Shown here in pieces: positions 10,389-19,912 of a stretch of DNA of 64,000 bases (the stretch's first letter is position 1; each line of letters starts with the position of its first letter). The DNA comes from Vulcanimicrobiota bacterium. GTDB lineage: Bacteria; Vulcanimicrobiota; Vulcanimicrobiia; Vulcanimicrobiales; Vulcanimicrobiaceae. The notes below the pieces were generated by a model. The model searched no databases. It was not told the DNA's origin and worked only from the letters and a program-made list of their open reading frames with translations. The stretch spans positions 640,001 through 704,000 of the forward strand of contig CAVZQC010000002.1 in assembly GCA_963777315.1 (NCBI GenBank), read 5' to 3'. The position numbers were made by a program, and so were the translations under genes.

Positions 10389-11925
10389 CGCCGGCGAGCG
10401 TGGTGAACGAGCGTTTGGCAAAAGCTTGATCCGCATGCGGGTAATCGCTGCGGTAGTGGCTTCCGCGGCTTTCTTTGCGCGCGAGCGCCGCCCGCGCGAT
10501 CAGGCGTCCCACCGTAATCAAATTGCGCAGCTCGTTGCTTTGCGCCGGGTGCGCGCCGTCCAACGACGCCAGCCGCTCCAGCGCGGCGCGCAAGCCCGAA
10601 TCGTCACGCACCAGTCCGACGTTGGCGTACATCAGGGCTCGCACGTCGGCAACGGCTTGATCGTCGTCGTCGCTCGCCGGTTGCGTCGCCAAGCCATATT
10701 CGAACCGCGTCGACGCTGCCGGCAGCCGGGCGCCGGCGACGTCTTTGGCCACTCGGGTTGCGTATACGAGCGCTTCGAGCAGCGAATTGCTGGCCAAACG
10801 ATTCGCGCCGTGCACGCCGGTGGCGCTGGTTTCGCCGCATGCCCACAGACCTGCAAGCGACGAACGGCCCCAGGCATCGACGGCGATTCCTCCCATATGA
10901 TAATGCGCGGCGGGCGTGACCGGTATTGCGATCCGGCGCGGATCGATTCCCGCGTGCATGCACGCGGCGAACACCGTGGGAAACGCCCGCGGAAAGGCAT
11001 CGCCGATCGTTTCGCGCGCGTCAAGGCCGACGGTCCGGCCCGCGCGCTGCTGAAAAAAGATCGCTCGTGCAACGACGTCCCGGGGCGCGAGTTCGGCATC
11101 CTCGTGCAGGTCGAGCATGAAACGTTCGCCCAAATCGTTGCGTAGGATCGCGCCTTCACCCCGAATCGCTTCCGTCACCAGCGGCAGCGGATCGCTCGCG
11201 ACCGCGAGCGCCGTCGGATGAAACTGCACGAACTCGACGTCGCCCAGTACCGCTCCCGCGCGCGCGGCCATCGCCGCTCCGTCGCCGGTGGATTGCGGCG
11301 GGTTGGTCGTGTAACGGTAGAGCCGCCCGATGCCTCCGCTAGCCAGAACCGTTGCTCGCGAATGCACGATCAAGTATTCGCGCGTATCGGCATGGTGAGC
11401 GTACACGCCGGTGACGCGGCCGTCGGTTACGATGAGATCGTCGGCGACGACGTTTTCGAGCACGGCGATCGCCGGCGTCGCCCGAACCGCCGTTATCAGC
11501 GTGGTGAGAATCTCGCGGCCGGTTGCGTCCCCGCCGGCTTTGATGATGCGCCGTCGCGTGTGCGCGGCTTCGCGTCCCAGCGCCAGCGTGCCGGCCGCAG
11601 TGCGATCGAACGCTGCGCCGAGCTCGAGCAGATCTTCGATGCGCGCGGGCGCATCGCGGGTGAGGATATCGACGATCGCTTCGTCCGAAAGGCCTGCGCC
11701 TGCACGCTGCGTGTCGATTTTGTGCAGCGCCGGCGAATCGTCCGCGCCGATCGCGGCCGCAATGCCGCCCTGCGCCCAATCGGTGGTGGCGCCGCTTCCC
11801 AGCGCCGTTTTGCACAGCACCGTCACTGCAGGGCCGGAGCCCGCGCCGGTGCGGTGCGGCGCGAGTTTGAGCGCAGCGGTCAAACCTCCGATGCCCGCAC
11901 CGACGATGAGGACGTCGCTATGCAC
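10381..11925 (-). CDS. nadB: L-aspartate oxidase
   Basis: [49 protein letters not shown]; lies between nadA and nadC. Confidence 0.95.
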   Translation of the reverse strand: MHSDVLIVGAGIGGLTAALKLAPHRTGAGSGPAVTVLCKTALGSGATTDWAQGGIAAAIGADDSPALHKIDTQRAGAGLSDEAIVDILTRDAPARIEDLLELGAAFDRTAAGTLALGREAAHTRRRIIKAGGDATGREILTTLITAVRATPAIAVLENVVADDLIVTDGRVTGVYAHHADTREYLIVHSRATVLASGGIGRLYRYTTNPPQSTGDGAAMAARAGAVLGDVEFVQFHPTALAVASDPLPLVTEAIRGEGAILRNDLGERFMLDLHEDAELAPRDVVARAIFFQQRAGRTVGLDARETIGDAFPRAFPTVFAACMHAGIDPRRIAIPVTPAAHYHMGGIAVDAWGRSSLAGLWACGETSATGVHGANRLASNSLLEALVYATRVAKDVAGARLPAASTRFEYGLATQPASDDDDQAVADVRALMYANVGLVRDDSGLRAALERLASLDGAHPAQSNELRNLITVGRLIARAALARKESRGSHYRSDYPHADQAFAKRSFTTLAGVA

Positions 11926-12949
11926 TGTACTGCAGCATCCGCTCCACGGCAGCACGCGCACGCTGCGCGACGGCAGGCTCGATGCGGACTTCGTACTCCA
12001 TGGTCTGCAGCGAGTGCAATATCTTGGGTAGCGTATTGCGTTTCATGTGCGGGCACAGATTGCACGGGCGCACGAACTCGACTTGCGGGAATCGCGCCGA
12101 CACGTTGTCGGCCATCGAACACTCGGTGATCATCACGACGCGCGGTTTGCCGGCGCCGGCGCGAGCCGCAAGCGTCTCCACGTACCGTCCCATTCCTTGC
12201 GTCGATCCGACGTAATCGCAGGCGGCCAAAACGTCGGGAGGACATTCCGGATGTGCGAGAACGACCAGCGACGGATCGTCCTGGCGGTAAGCGCGGATTT
12301 GATCGCCGGTAAAGCGCTCGTGCACTTCGCAGTGCCCCTTCCATGCAACGATCTGCACGTCAGTCTGGGACGCGACCCACTTGGCCAGATATTCGTCGGG
12401 AAGAAAGATGACGCGCGCAGCGCCTAGCGCTTTGACGATTTTGAGCGCATTGCCGCTGGTCACGCACACGTCGGATTCGGCTTTGACTTCCGCCGACGTA
12501 TTGACGTACGTCACGACCGGAACGCCGGGATAGCGCTCGCGCAAAAGCCGCACGTCGGCGGCCGTGATCGACTCGGCCAGCGAACAGCCCGCGCGCAAGT
12601 CCGGCACGAGAACGGTTTTGCCCGGGTTGACCAGCTTGGCGGTTTCGGCCATGAAATGCACGCCGCAGACGACGATGACTTGCGCGTCGGTGCGCGCGGC
12701 TTCCATCGCCAAACCCAGCGAATCACCCACGATGTCGGCGACGGTGTGAAAAATCTCGGGCACCTGGTAGTTGTGCGCAAGAATGACTGCGTTGCGCTCG
12801 CGTTTGAGCCGCTGTATTTCGGCGACATAGGGGGCGTGGATAGGCCATTCGACGGCCGGGATAACGTGCGCGACGCGCTCGAAGATGGGCCGGGTCTGCG
12901 CCTGCACTTCCGGCGTGTACGGCAATTCCGCAGCGGTCATTCCTTTCAT
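11918..12949 (-). CDS. nadA: Quinolinate synthase
   Basis: [35 protein letters not shown]. Confidence 0.96.
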   Translation of the reverse strand: MKGMTAAELPYTPEVQAQTRPIFERVAHVIPAVEWPIHAPYVAEIQRLKRERNAVILAHNYQVPEIFHTVADIVGDSLGLAMEAARTDAQVIVVCGVHFMAETAKLVNPGKTVLVPDLRAGCSLAESITAADVRLLRERYPGVPVVTYVNTSAEVKAESDVCVTSGNALKIVKALGAARVIFLPDEYLAKWVASQTDVQIVAWKGHCEVHERFTGDQIRAYRQDDPSLVVLAHPECPPDVLAACDYVGSTQGMGRYVETLAARAGAGKPRVVMITECSMADNVSARFPQVEFVRPCNLCPHMKRNTLPKILHSLQTMEYEVRIEPAVAQRARAAVERMLQYSA

Positions 12950-12975
12950 AAGACCCGCTTAAAAGGGCGCGGTTT

Positions 12976-13899
12976 TCACCTGCCGGTCAGGAAACCGGCT
13001 ATGTCGGCGTGCAGTTGCTCGGGCTTGTCGAACATGATGAAGTGCCTGGACCCTTGCACGATCTCCACCTTGGCCGTGGCGTCACCCGAAAGCAGTCCGG
13101 CATAGTAGGCCGCTTTGGCTGCCGGAGTCGCGAACCTCGAGCCGTCCAGCGTGGGATCGTAGGGAGCGATCTCGAGCAGCGGCACGCCGACCTTTTGCAA
13201 TTGCGGGCGCAGGTCGAGAACGAGATCCTGCGAGATCCAAGCCGCCACGGCTTTGGGATCGCTTCTGGCGGTAAGCGGTGCGACGGCATCGATGTCCGCT
13301 TTCGAGCTGATCATGTACGGCAAGGTGTACGTCTTTTCGGCTTGTTCGAACAGCTGGGGCGTCGAAGCGGACTGGATCATGGAACTCATGCGCTGCGCGC
13401 CTTGAGCGCGCTGCTGCGGCGTCTCGCGTTCGGAACCGGGGTAGATCGGAAGTCCGTCGACGGCGATTACGCCGCCGAGGCGGTCGGAATGCTGTTCCGC
13501 CAGCATGATCGCCAGCGTGCCGCCCAGGCTGTGCCCGATGAGGATGGGCTTGGATATCTGATGGCTTTGCAGCATGCTCCAAACATCACCGCTCGTGCTC
13601 GCGAACAAATCGCCCGAAGCCGTTGCAACCCCATCGAAACCGGGCAACGTGAGCGCATAAATCGTGTAGCTGGGAGCGAGCCGCTCGATCTCGGCGGACC
13701 ACTCCCAAGGCCCGCATGCCAACCCCGGAATGAAGACGAGCGCCGGTTTTCCCGGCGTGCCGTACACGTCGACGCGCATGCTTCCGGCGTTGAACGAAGA
13801 CGCGGGTTTGGGAAGCGGCGGTCCCACGGCAGCCCATGCGGGAGCGGCAACAAGCAGTGCGGCCAGCATCAGCGCCGCGCAAATCAGCGTGCGTTTCAT
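12976..13899 (-). CDS. Secreted alpha/beta hydrolase
   Basis: Signal peptide; FIPGL, GHSLGG nucleophile elbow, SRHFIM. Confidence 0.9.
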   Translation of the reverse strand: MKRTLICAALMLAALLVAAPAWAAVGPPLPKPASSFNAGSMRVDVYGTPGKPALVFIPGLACGPWEWSAEIERLAPSYTIYALTLPGFDGVATASGDLFASTSGDVWSMLQSHQISKPILIGHSLGGTLAIMLAEQHSDRLGGVIAVDGLPIYPGSERETPQQRAQGAQRMSSMIQSASTPQLFEQAEKTYTLPYMISSKADIDAVAPLTARSDPKAVAAWISQDLVLDLRPQLQKVGVPLLEIAPYDPTLDGSRFATPAAKAAYYAGLLSGDATAKVEIVQGSRHFIMFDKPEQLHADIAGFLTGR

Positions 13900-13969
13900 C
13901 AGTATCCTCCGATCGGGCGGCAGTTTCTCTTACGATTCGTTCGCCTCCAATTGTACGTGCGGCATACGG

Positions 13970-13975
13970 TATACT
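13970..13975 (+). promoter_or_regulatory. Candidate -10 element (TATACT) for a leaderless transcript
   Basis: TATACT ends 6 nt before ATG 13982; no RBS present. Confidence 0.4.
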
Positions 13976-13981
13976 GTATTC

Positions 13982-14194
13982 ATGGCCAGACAACGCAAGG
14001 GCGGCGACCCCGGCGGACAGCGGTTCCAGGCGAGTTTTCAGACGCTTCGCTTGAAGAAACCGGCCGCCGCACTGCCGCAAGCGCCGGCAGCGCAAGAAAA
14101 CGACTCGGCGAGCCAAGAGCCCGGCGCACCCGCCGTTCCGGCGGCACCCGCGACGATGAAGCGACCCGGCGCCCGTAAGAAAGTGAAACGCTGA
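13982..14194 (+). CDS. Small basic, low-complexity hypothetical protein (70 aa)
   Basis: MARQRKGGDPGGQRFQASFQTLRLKK...RKKVKR fills the intergenic gap; candidate -10 directly upstream. Confidence 0.55.
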   Translation: MARQRKGGDPGGQRFQASFQTLRLKKPAAALPQAPAAQENDSASQEPGAPAVPAAPATMKRPGARKKVKR

Positions 14195-14288
14195 AGGTAT
14201 TTCAGCCGGTTGGGTAAGCTCGGCAGATGCGCCGGGCCGGCGCAATATGTCTACTATCGCTTCTTTCGTAAAGGTTGGAAAACTGCAA

Positions 14289-14843
14289 GTGTTAGCACAG
14301 GTTGGTAAACCCGCACCCGATTTTGAGTTGCCCAGCACCAAGGGCGCGAGCAGCGCCAAAGATCTCGGCACAAAGGTCAAGCTCTCCGACTATCGCGGAA
14401 AGTGGCTGATCTTTTTCTTTTATCCGCTGGACTTTACGTTCGTGTGTCCGACGGAGATTACCGCGCTGTCGGATCGCTACGGTGAATTGCGCGAGTTCGA
14501 TGCCGAAGTGCTGGGATGTTCGTGCGATTCCGAACACAGCCATTGGGCGTGGATGAAAGTACCGCGCGAGCAGAACGGCATCGCCGGCTTGAAGTATCCG
14601 CTGGCTTCCGACTACACCAAGGAAACGGCGCGCGCGTACGGCGTGCTCGATGAAAAAAGCGGCGTAGCTCAGCGCGGTCTGTTTATCGTCAATCCCGAGG
14701 GGATTCTCAAGTACGCCGTCGTTACGGACGACAACGTCGGGCGCAGCGTGGAGGAAACGATCCGCGTGCTGCAAGCCCTGCAAACCGGCGGTCTTTGCCC
14801 GGCGGAATGGAAACCCGGCAAAGCGCTCCTGCAGAAGGCGTAG
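14289..14843 (+). CDS. ahpC: 2-Cys peroxiredoxin (AhpC/Prx1 family)
   Basis: FFYPLDFTFVCPTE and LCPAEWKPG; GTG start inferred (ATG 14247 is an alternative). Confidence 0.94.
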   Translation: MLAQVGKPAPDFELPSTKGASSAKDLGTKVKLSDYRGKWLIFFFYPLDFTFVCPTEITALSDRYGELREFDAEVLGCSCDSEHSHWAWMKVPREQNGIAGLKYPLASDYTKETARAYGVLDEKSGVAQRGLFIVNPEGILKYAVVTDDNVGRSVEETIRVLQALQTGGLCPAEWKPGKALLQKA

Positions 14844-15353
14844 ATGCCGTTGCGTATGCGCAGCCTCCTCCCCTCGCTGGAGGGAGTTGCCGCATGGGTG
14901 AACGGGCAACCGAACGACGCGGACTTGGCGGGACGGCCGGTGCTCGTTCACTTTTGGTCGATCAGTTGTTACCTGTGCCATAGCGTCGTAGATCAGGTCA
15001 ATGGCTGGCGCGACGAATATGCTGCCGACGGCCTGGCGTTCTTGAGCGTTCACCAGCCGAGATCGCCTGCCGAACTCGACGCGCAGGCGGTTCGAGAAGA
15101 TGCGCTGCAGGCGATGAAGATGACCCAGCCCTGCGCTATCGACAACGAGCATACGATCGTCGATCGCTTCGAGAACCAGTTCGTGCCCGCGTACTACATC
15201 TTCGATCGATCGCATCACCTGCGCCACTTCCAAGCCGGCGACAAGGGCTACGAGCGCATAGAATCCGCTCTGGATCGCGTGGTACGCGAACAGTCGGTTC
15301 CTCAGCTCCTGACCGCAACTCTCATCGCCGATCCTGATTGTAGGCGTGCGTAA
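14844..15353 (+). CDS. Redoxin / thiol-disulfide oxidoreductase (YkuV-like)
   Basis: HFWSISCYLC CxxC, VHQPRS, FVPAYYIFD; directly after the peroxiredoxin; true stop may be earlier (~15312). Confidence 0.88.
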   Translation: MPLRMRSLLPSLEGVAAWVNGQPNDADLAGRPVLVHFWSISCYLCHSVVDQVNGWRDEYAADGLAFLSVHQPRSPAELDAQAVREDALQAMKMTQPCAIDNEHTIVDRFENQFVPAYYIFDRSHHLRHFQAGDKGYERIESALDRVVREQSVPQLLTATLIADPDCRRA

Positions 15354-15404
15354 TGCGCAAAAGCAGGGTAGATGCTTTTCGCTATTCTGAAACTGGAGGA
15401 ATTC

Positions 15405-15857
15405 GTGGACGCACTCAGATTGCTGAAGGAAGATCACAAGAAAGTCAAGCTGCTGTTCGGCGAGGTCGAAGGCTTGGGCGATCGCGCAAACGCGCAGCGC
15501 AAAAAATTGTTCGCGCGCATCGACAAAGAGCTCACCGTGCACGCAAAAATCGAGGAGACGATCTTTTATCCGGAGTTTCGCCGGCGCGCAGAGAACAGCG
15601 AAGAGCGCGACGAGGTGCTCGAAGCGTACGAAGAGCACGCGATCGTCAAGAACTTGATTCACGAACTGGAAGCGTTGGATCCCAAGGACGAGACGTACAA
15701 GCCCAAGCTGTCGGTCCTCAAAGAACTGGTCAACCACCACGTCAAAGAAGAGGAGGGCCCCATGTTCAAGATGGCGCGCGAGCTCTTCGATAAAGAGGAG
15801 CTGAACGAAATCGGCGAGCGCCTGATGGAAGCCAAACAGGAAATGGGAGCCGCTTAG
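15405..15857 (+). CDS. Hemerythrin (HHE) domain protein
   Basis: GGAGG RBS plus GTG; LKEDH, HAKIEETIFYP, EEH, HHVKEEE. Confidence 0.92.
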   Translation: MDALRLLKEDHKKVKLLFGEVEGLGDRANAQRKKLFARIDKELTVHAKIEETIFYPEFRRRAENSEERDEVLEAYEEHAIVKNLIHELEALDPKDETYKPKLSVLKELVNHHVKEEEGPMFKMARELFDKEELNEIGERLMEAKQEMGAA

Positions 15858-15871
15858 CGCGGCTCCCATTT
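15841..15871. terminator. Hairpin / probable terminator between convergent genes
   Basis: 13-bp perfect inverted repeat AAATGGGAGCCGC-ttagc-GCGGCTCCCATTT spanning the hemerythrin stop. Confidence 0.7.
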
Positions 15872-15878
15872 CTTCACG

Positions 15879-16661
15879 TCAGGGCGACGCTGTCGGACAC
15901 ACGACCGGAGGCGGCGTCGGCCCGACCGGCGGCGGTCCTCCTCCGCCGGGCGGCGTACCGGCATTTAGCGGCGGAACACTGCTGCCGCCGTGGCCGGCCA
16001 GCAGTGCGACTATTGGGATCAGCAGCAGAGGCCACCAACCCATGCGATGCGCTGGAGGAGTCGACGCGGCGACGCTTTGATACGGCATCGGCGTGGCTGC
16101 AGGCGGTGCAGGCATTGCAACGGCTGGAGCAGGGGCCGGCGGCGGTGCCGCGACTTGCGGAGGAGCCGTTGCGGCGGCGGCGACTGCTACCGGGTGCGGG
16201 CGCGCTGCTTTTGCGACCATCGGCACGCTGCGTCGCAGCAGTGAAAGATTGGCGCAGCGTGCCGGCACGAAGATCGCCAGGACTTGATTGCCCTCGCGCA
16301 GGTCGACTTCCCATCCTTTGGTCCGAGCGGGGATGATGACGTCGCGAACGACGTGGACTTGTCCGCCGCTTGCCCAGCTCATTGCGTCGAGATGGCGCGG
16401 GACGGTAACGTACGTCAATTGCTTGGCTGCGATGCGCGTTGCGAATTGTGAAAACTCGTCGGGCGTGAGTCCGAGTTTGAGCCCGGCGTTTTCGAAGAGC
16501 GCACGCTGGCGGGATACGTCGGCTTGGAGTTGCGGTGTCGAAGTGATTTGGCCGAGCAAAGGCGCAGAGCCCAGTTCCGCGATGACGTGCGGTTGCGCAA
16601 ATGCCGGGAGCGGAAGCGCTGCGCTAAGCAGCACAGCAAACATGATGCGGGCGATTTTCAC
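15879..16661 (-). CDS. Exported Pro-rich hypothetical protein with a late TM segment
   Basis: GTG after TAAGGA; signal peptide (PAFA|Q), globular domain, Pro/Ala linker, GWWPLLLIPIVALL, Pro/Gly tail. Confidence 0.75.
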   Translation of the reverse strand: MKIARIMFAVLLSAALPLPAFAQPHVIAELGSAPLLGQITSTPQLQADVSRQRALFENAGLKLGLTPDEFSQFATRIAAKQLTYVTVPRHLDAMSWASGGQVHVVRDVIIPARTKGWEVDLREGNQVLAIFVPARCANLSLLRRSVPMVAKAARPHPVAVAAAATAPPQVAAPPPAPAPAVAMPAPPAATPMPYQSVAASTPPAHRMGWWPLLLIPIVALLAGHGGSSVPPLNAGTPPGGGGPPPVGPTPPPVVCPTASP

Positions 16662-17151
16662 TGTGGTCTTCCTTATCGTGCGAGCGTTACACATAGAATA
16701 CCCTGGCTAGGCTGCTTTTGGTTTGGGCATTACGGGATGGGACACAGTCCCAACGGGCTGGCACAAGCCCTTGCCTGCGGTCCCAAACGTCCTATCGGAG
16801 CAATGTCGAGCTCATGCTACGTTGTCAGCACTCGGCAGACGATCGATAACGCGATCCTGACGGGTCGTTATCCCGGCAAAGAGAACGTCCGCGAGCCGCC
16901 CGGCCTTCCCCCAGGACGCGCGGCATACCGTCCGGTGCAACGGACGTTTTCCGAGCAGTGCGGCGATGACGTGCGGGCAGAGAGGCTGACGGATGAAATC
17001 CGTCGGCCTGCTCGCATTTTATGGCACTTCGGTGCGCGCGATACCTGCACGGCGCCCGCGCATTTGCCGCAGGAAAAGCGCGAAAAAAGCGGTACAGCAA
17101 GGCGAAAAATAGCGCTTTTTGCATCACCCGGATCAGCATGAGAGGAAGCCG

Positions 17152-17571
17152 ATGAATAAAGTCGATTTGGTTCGCACGGCGATGGAGCGGTCTGAAATGT
17201 CGCGAAGGGACGCGGTCGCGTTGATCGACGGCGTTTTCGAAGACATTCAAGGCGCGGTGTGCTCGGGCGAAGCGGTGAAGATCCCCGGATTCGGACAGTT
17301 CAAAGTTCGGGATCGCGCCGCACGCGTCGCGCGCAATCCCGCTACCGGCGAGCCGGTCAAGGTCCCCGCGAAGCGCGTGTTCAAATTCTTGCCGGCCAAA
17401 GCACTCAAGGAAGCGGTGATGTCGCGCAAAGGCGGGGCCAGGGCTGGAGCAGGGCGCAAAGGCGCGGCCAAGCCGTCCGCTCGCAAAGGCGCAAAAAAGG
17501 GAACGGCGCGCAGTGCTGCGCCGGCGCGGAAAACCGGCGCGAAAAAATCGAGCGGGCGCAAAAAGCGCTAG
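17152..17571 (+). CDS. hup: HU family DNA-binding protein with Lys/Arg/Ala-rich tail
   Basis: MNKVDLV, IPGFGQF, ARNPATGEPVKVPAK; ~48 aa basic tail. Confidence 0.93.
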   Translation: MNKVDLVRTAMERSEMSRRDAVALIDGVFEDIQGAVCSGEAVKIPGFGQFKVRDRAARVARNPATGEPVKVPAKRVFKFLPAKALKEAVMSRKGGARAGAGRKGAAKPSARKGAKKGTARSAAPARKTGAKKSSGRKKR

Positions 17572-17617
17572 CAAGCTCGCTCGTCTTACTGCGGCTCGCA
17601 CCGCAGTCGTAATCTGT

Positions 17618-19234
17618 TTGCTGGCGGCGGCCGGCTGCGCGCAAAATGCACGCGCCGGCTTGCCGTTGCGCCGGTACGCTGAGTCCGGCATCTTCCCGGT
17701 TGTCCCGTATCCGCAGACGATTCGCAGCCGCAGCGGGGTCTACGTCTGGCCGGCCGGAAGTTCGCCGAGCGATTCGGCCCGCGCGAGCATTCGTACGTTT
17801 CGTATCCCGCTGCGCGGCTTGCATCGCAGCGGCGCGTACTCTCTCGACGTGCGGCCCGGCGGAATTCGTATCAGTGCAGCCGATGCGGCCGGCCTGTTTT
17901 ACGGGCGCGAGACGCTGGCTCAAATCACGCTGCGGCAAGGTGATCGTTTCGCAACGCCCGCCGTGCGCATCGAGGATGCGCCGCGATATGCTTGGCGCGG
18001 CATTCACCTCGACGTGGCGCGCCGGTATTTTCCACTGCCGACGCTCGAGAAATTCGTCGTGCTCGCCGCCCGCTACAAACTCAACGTCGTTCACCTGCAC
18101 TTCACCGACGATCAGGCATGGCGTTTGCCGAGTGTTGCGTATCCCCGCTTGCCATCGGTGCTTCACTATACGCGCGCGCAGCTGAAAGCCCTGAACGTAT
18201 TCGCCGCTCGGCATTTCGTCACGATCGTTCCCGAAGTCGATCTGCCTGCACACAGCGCGGCAGCGATCCGCGCCTACCCGGCCCTGGCGTGCGGTTCGAG
18301 CAGCGAGCTGTGCCCGTCGCGCGCGAGCCGATTCGCCGGCACGATCGCACACGAGCTCGTGCGCATGTTTCCCGGTTCCTGGATCCATTTCGGCGGCGAC
18401 GAAGTGCAGACGTGGACGGCCACGCAGCGTGCGCAGTTCGAAGCAAACGTCGCTGCTGGCGCGCACGCGCTAGGGCGCACGCCGGTGCTTTGGGACGACG
18501 AAGCAGACGTAGCGCCCGCGCAAGCCGCGATCATGGTTTGGCATTTGGGCCGAGCGGAGCAGCGCGCTGCGCGCGGCTCGCACCGAATCGTGCAGGCCCC
18601 GGACGGACCGCTGTATTTCAACGCCGCGCAAGGCGAGCCGGCGCAGGAACCGCCGGCCAGCCGTTACGTTTCCACTTTGGAACAGGTGTACGCGTACGAT
18701 GCAGTCGGTTCGTTTTACGGGATCGAAGCTACGATGTGGACCGAAAAAATCGCTACGGAGCGCGCACTGTGGTACATGCTGTTACCTCGCGAGATCGCGC
18801 TGGCCGAAGTAGCTTGGACGCAGCCGCAGCATAAAAGCTGGGCACGCTTTTACCGCGGGCTGCCCGCGCAGCTGGCGTGGCTGGACGGACATGGATACTC
18901 CGCGCGCATTCCCAACGTGATGTTCCGCGTCCAAAACGCCGGTACGCGATATGCAAGCGTCACGGGCCGGATGAATGCGGCATCTGCAAATGTACCCAAC
19001 GGGACGGCGAGCATCGCGCTAGATGAAGCGATGCCCGGAGCGGTCTTGTGGTATCGCAGGTCGGCGCGCGGGTCTTGGCAGCGCTATCGTGGCCGGTTTA
19101 CCGTTGCTTGCGGTGCAGAAGTGGACGCATACGCGTCGGCCGGTGGGCGCAGCGGTGCCGTTTCACAGTTGATGACCCGCTGCAGCGGCGCCGCAGCGGG
19201 ATCGACGGCATTCGACGGCATAGTTTCACCATAG
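17618..19234 (+). CDS. GH20 beta-N-acetylhexosaminidase
   Basis: IEDAPRYAWRGIHLDVARR, HLHFTDDQAWR, PEVDLPAH, HFGGDE catalytic pair; start uncertain (frame open from 17513; possible lipobox LAAAGC). Confidence 0.9.
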   Translation: MLAAAGCAQNARAGLPLRRYAESGIFPVVPYPQTIRSRSGVYVWPAGSSPSDSARASIRTFRIPLRGLHRSGAYSLDVRPGGIRISAADAAGLFYGRETLAQITLRQGDRFATPAVRIEDAPRYAWRGIHLDVARRYFPLPTLEKFVVLAARYKLNVVHLHFTDDQAWRLPSVAYPRLPSVLHYTRAQLKALNVFAARHFVTIVPEVDLPAHSAAAIRAYPALACGSSSELCPSRASRFAGTIAHELVRMFPGSWIHFGGDEVQTWTATQRAQFEANVAAGAHALGRTPVLWDDEADVAPAQAAIMVWHLGRAEQRAARGSHRIVQAPDGPLYFNAAQGEPAQEPPASRYVSTLEQVYAYDAVGSFYGIEATMWTEKIATERALWYMLLPREIALAEVAWTQPQHKSWARFYRGLPAQLAWLDGHGYSARIPNVMFRVQNAGTRYASVTGRMNAASANVPNGTASIALDEAMPGAVLWYRRSARGSWQRYRGRFTVACGAEVDAYASAGGRSGAVSQLMTRCSGAAAGSTAFDGIVSP

Positions 19235-19907
19235 ATGATCAGGCTTTGGATTACTCTGAGCGCAGTGTTGATCGTTTGTTGGACAAGTGCGCGCGCCGCC
19301 ACGATTCGGGTTGCCGGCGACTATATCATTATAACGGGCAGGCTGAATGCCGGAGACGAGAGTCAGTTCCAGTCCGCGCTCGCTACCGATCCGTCCATTA
19401 CGATGGTCGTGCTTTACGATTCACCCGGCGGCAACGGTTCGGCGATGCAAGCGCTTTCGGCGATGATTCGGCAACACGGCATGAGCACCGGCGTCGCAGG
19501 CTACTGCACCTCAGCCTGCGCCATGGTTTTTTTGAGCGGCGCACAGCGGTATTTCACCGACCTCGCTCCCGTGCGTGACACCTCGCTTGGATTTCACGGC
19601 AGCTATCGCCCCGGAGGCACGCTCGCGAGCGAAGTGCAGGCTTCGAATGATCGCCGGCATGATAATGGACGAAACCGGCGGCAAAGCGGATGCGGCGCTC
19701 GTGCAGCACTGGACGCATCTACCCAGTCCCGGCATGACCGTGCGATTCGCGTATCCCGGCGATCCGCCTAAGGGCGTGACGGTCTTCGAATGCGCCGGAC
19801 ACCGCCGGTCGCTATCGGACTACAGCACGTGCACGCCCGTTCCGGGGCATGATGCGCTAAGCATGGGCATCATCACGTCCGTCAAGATTCTGCACCTTAA
19901 TCCATAG
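19235..19907 (+). CDS. Exported ClpP/crotonase-like hypothetical protein (one +1 frameshift near 19640)
   Basis: Signal peptide, DSPGG, CTSACAMVFLSG, LGFHG; C-terminus continues in the +1 frame. Confidence 0.65.
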
Positions 19908-19912
19908 CTGGC

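Noticed and set aside
16759..16774. Sigma-54 promoter TGGCAC...TTGC
   Set aside because: GG-to-GC spacing is 11 nt rather than the required 10.
16700..17150. Hidden gene or ncRNA in the 450-bp gap upstream of HU
   Set aside because: A protein-like minus-strand frame (LADVLFAGITTRQDRVIDRL) has no start codon, and I recognise no RNA family.
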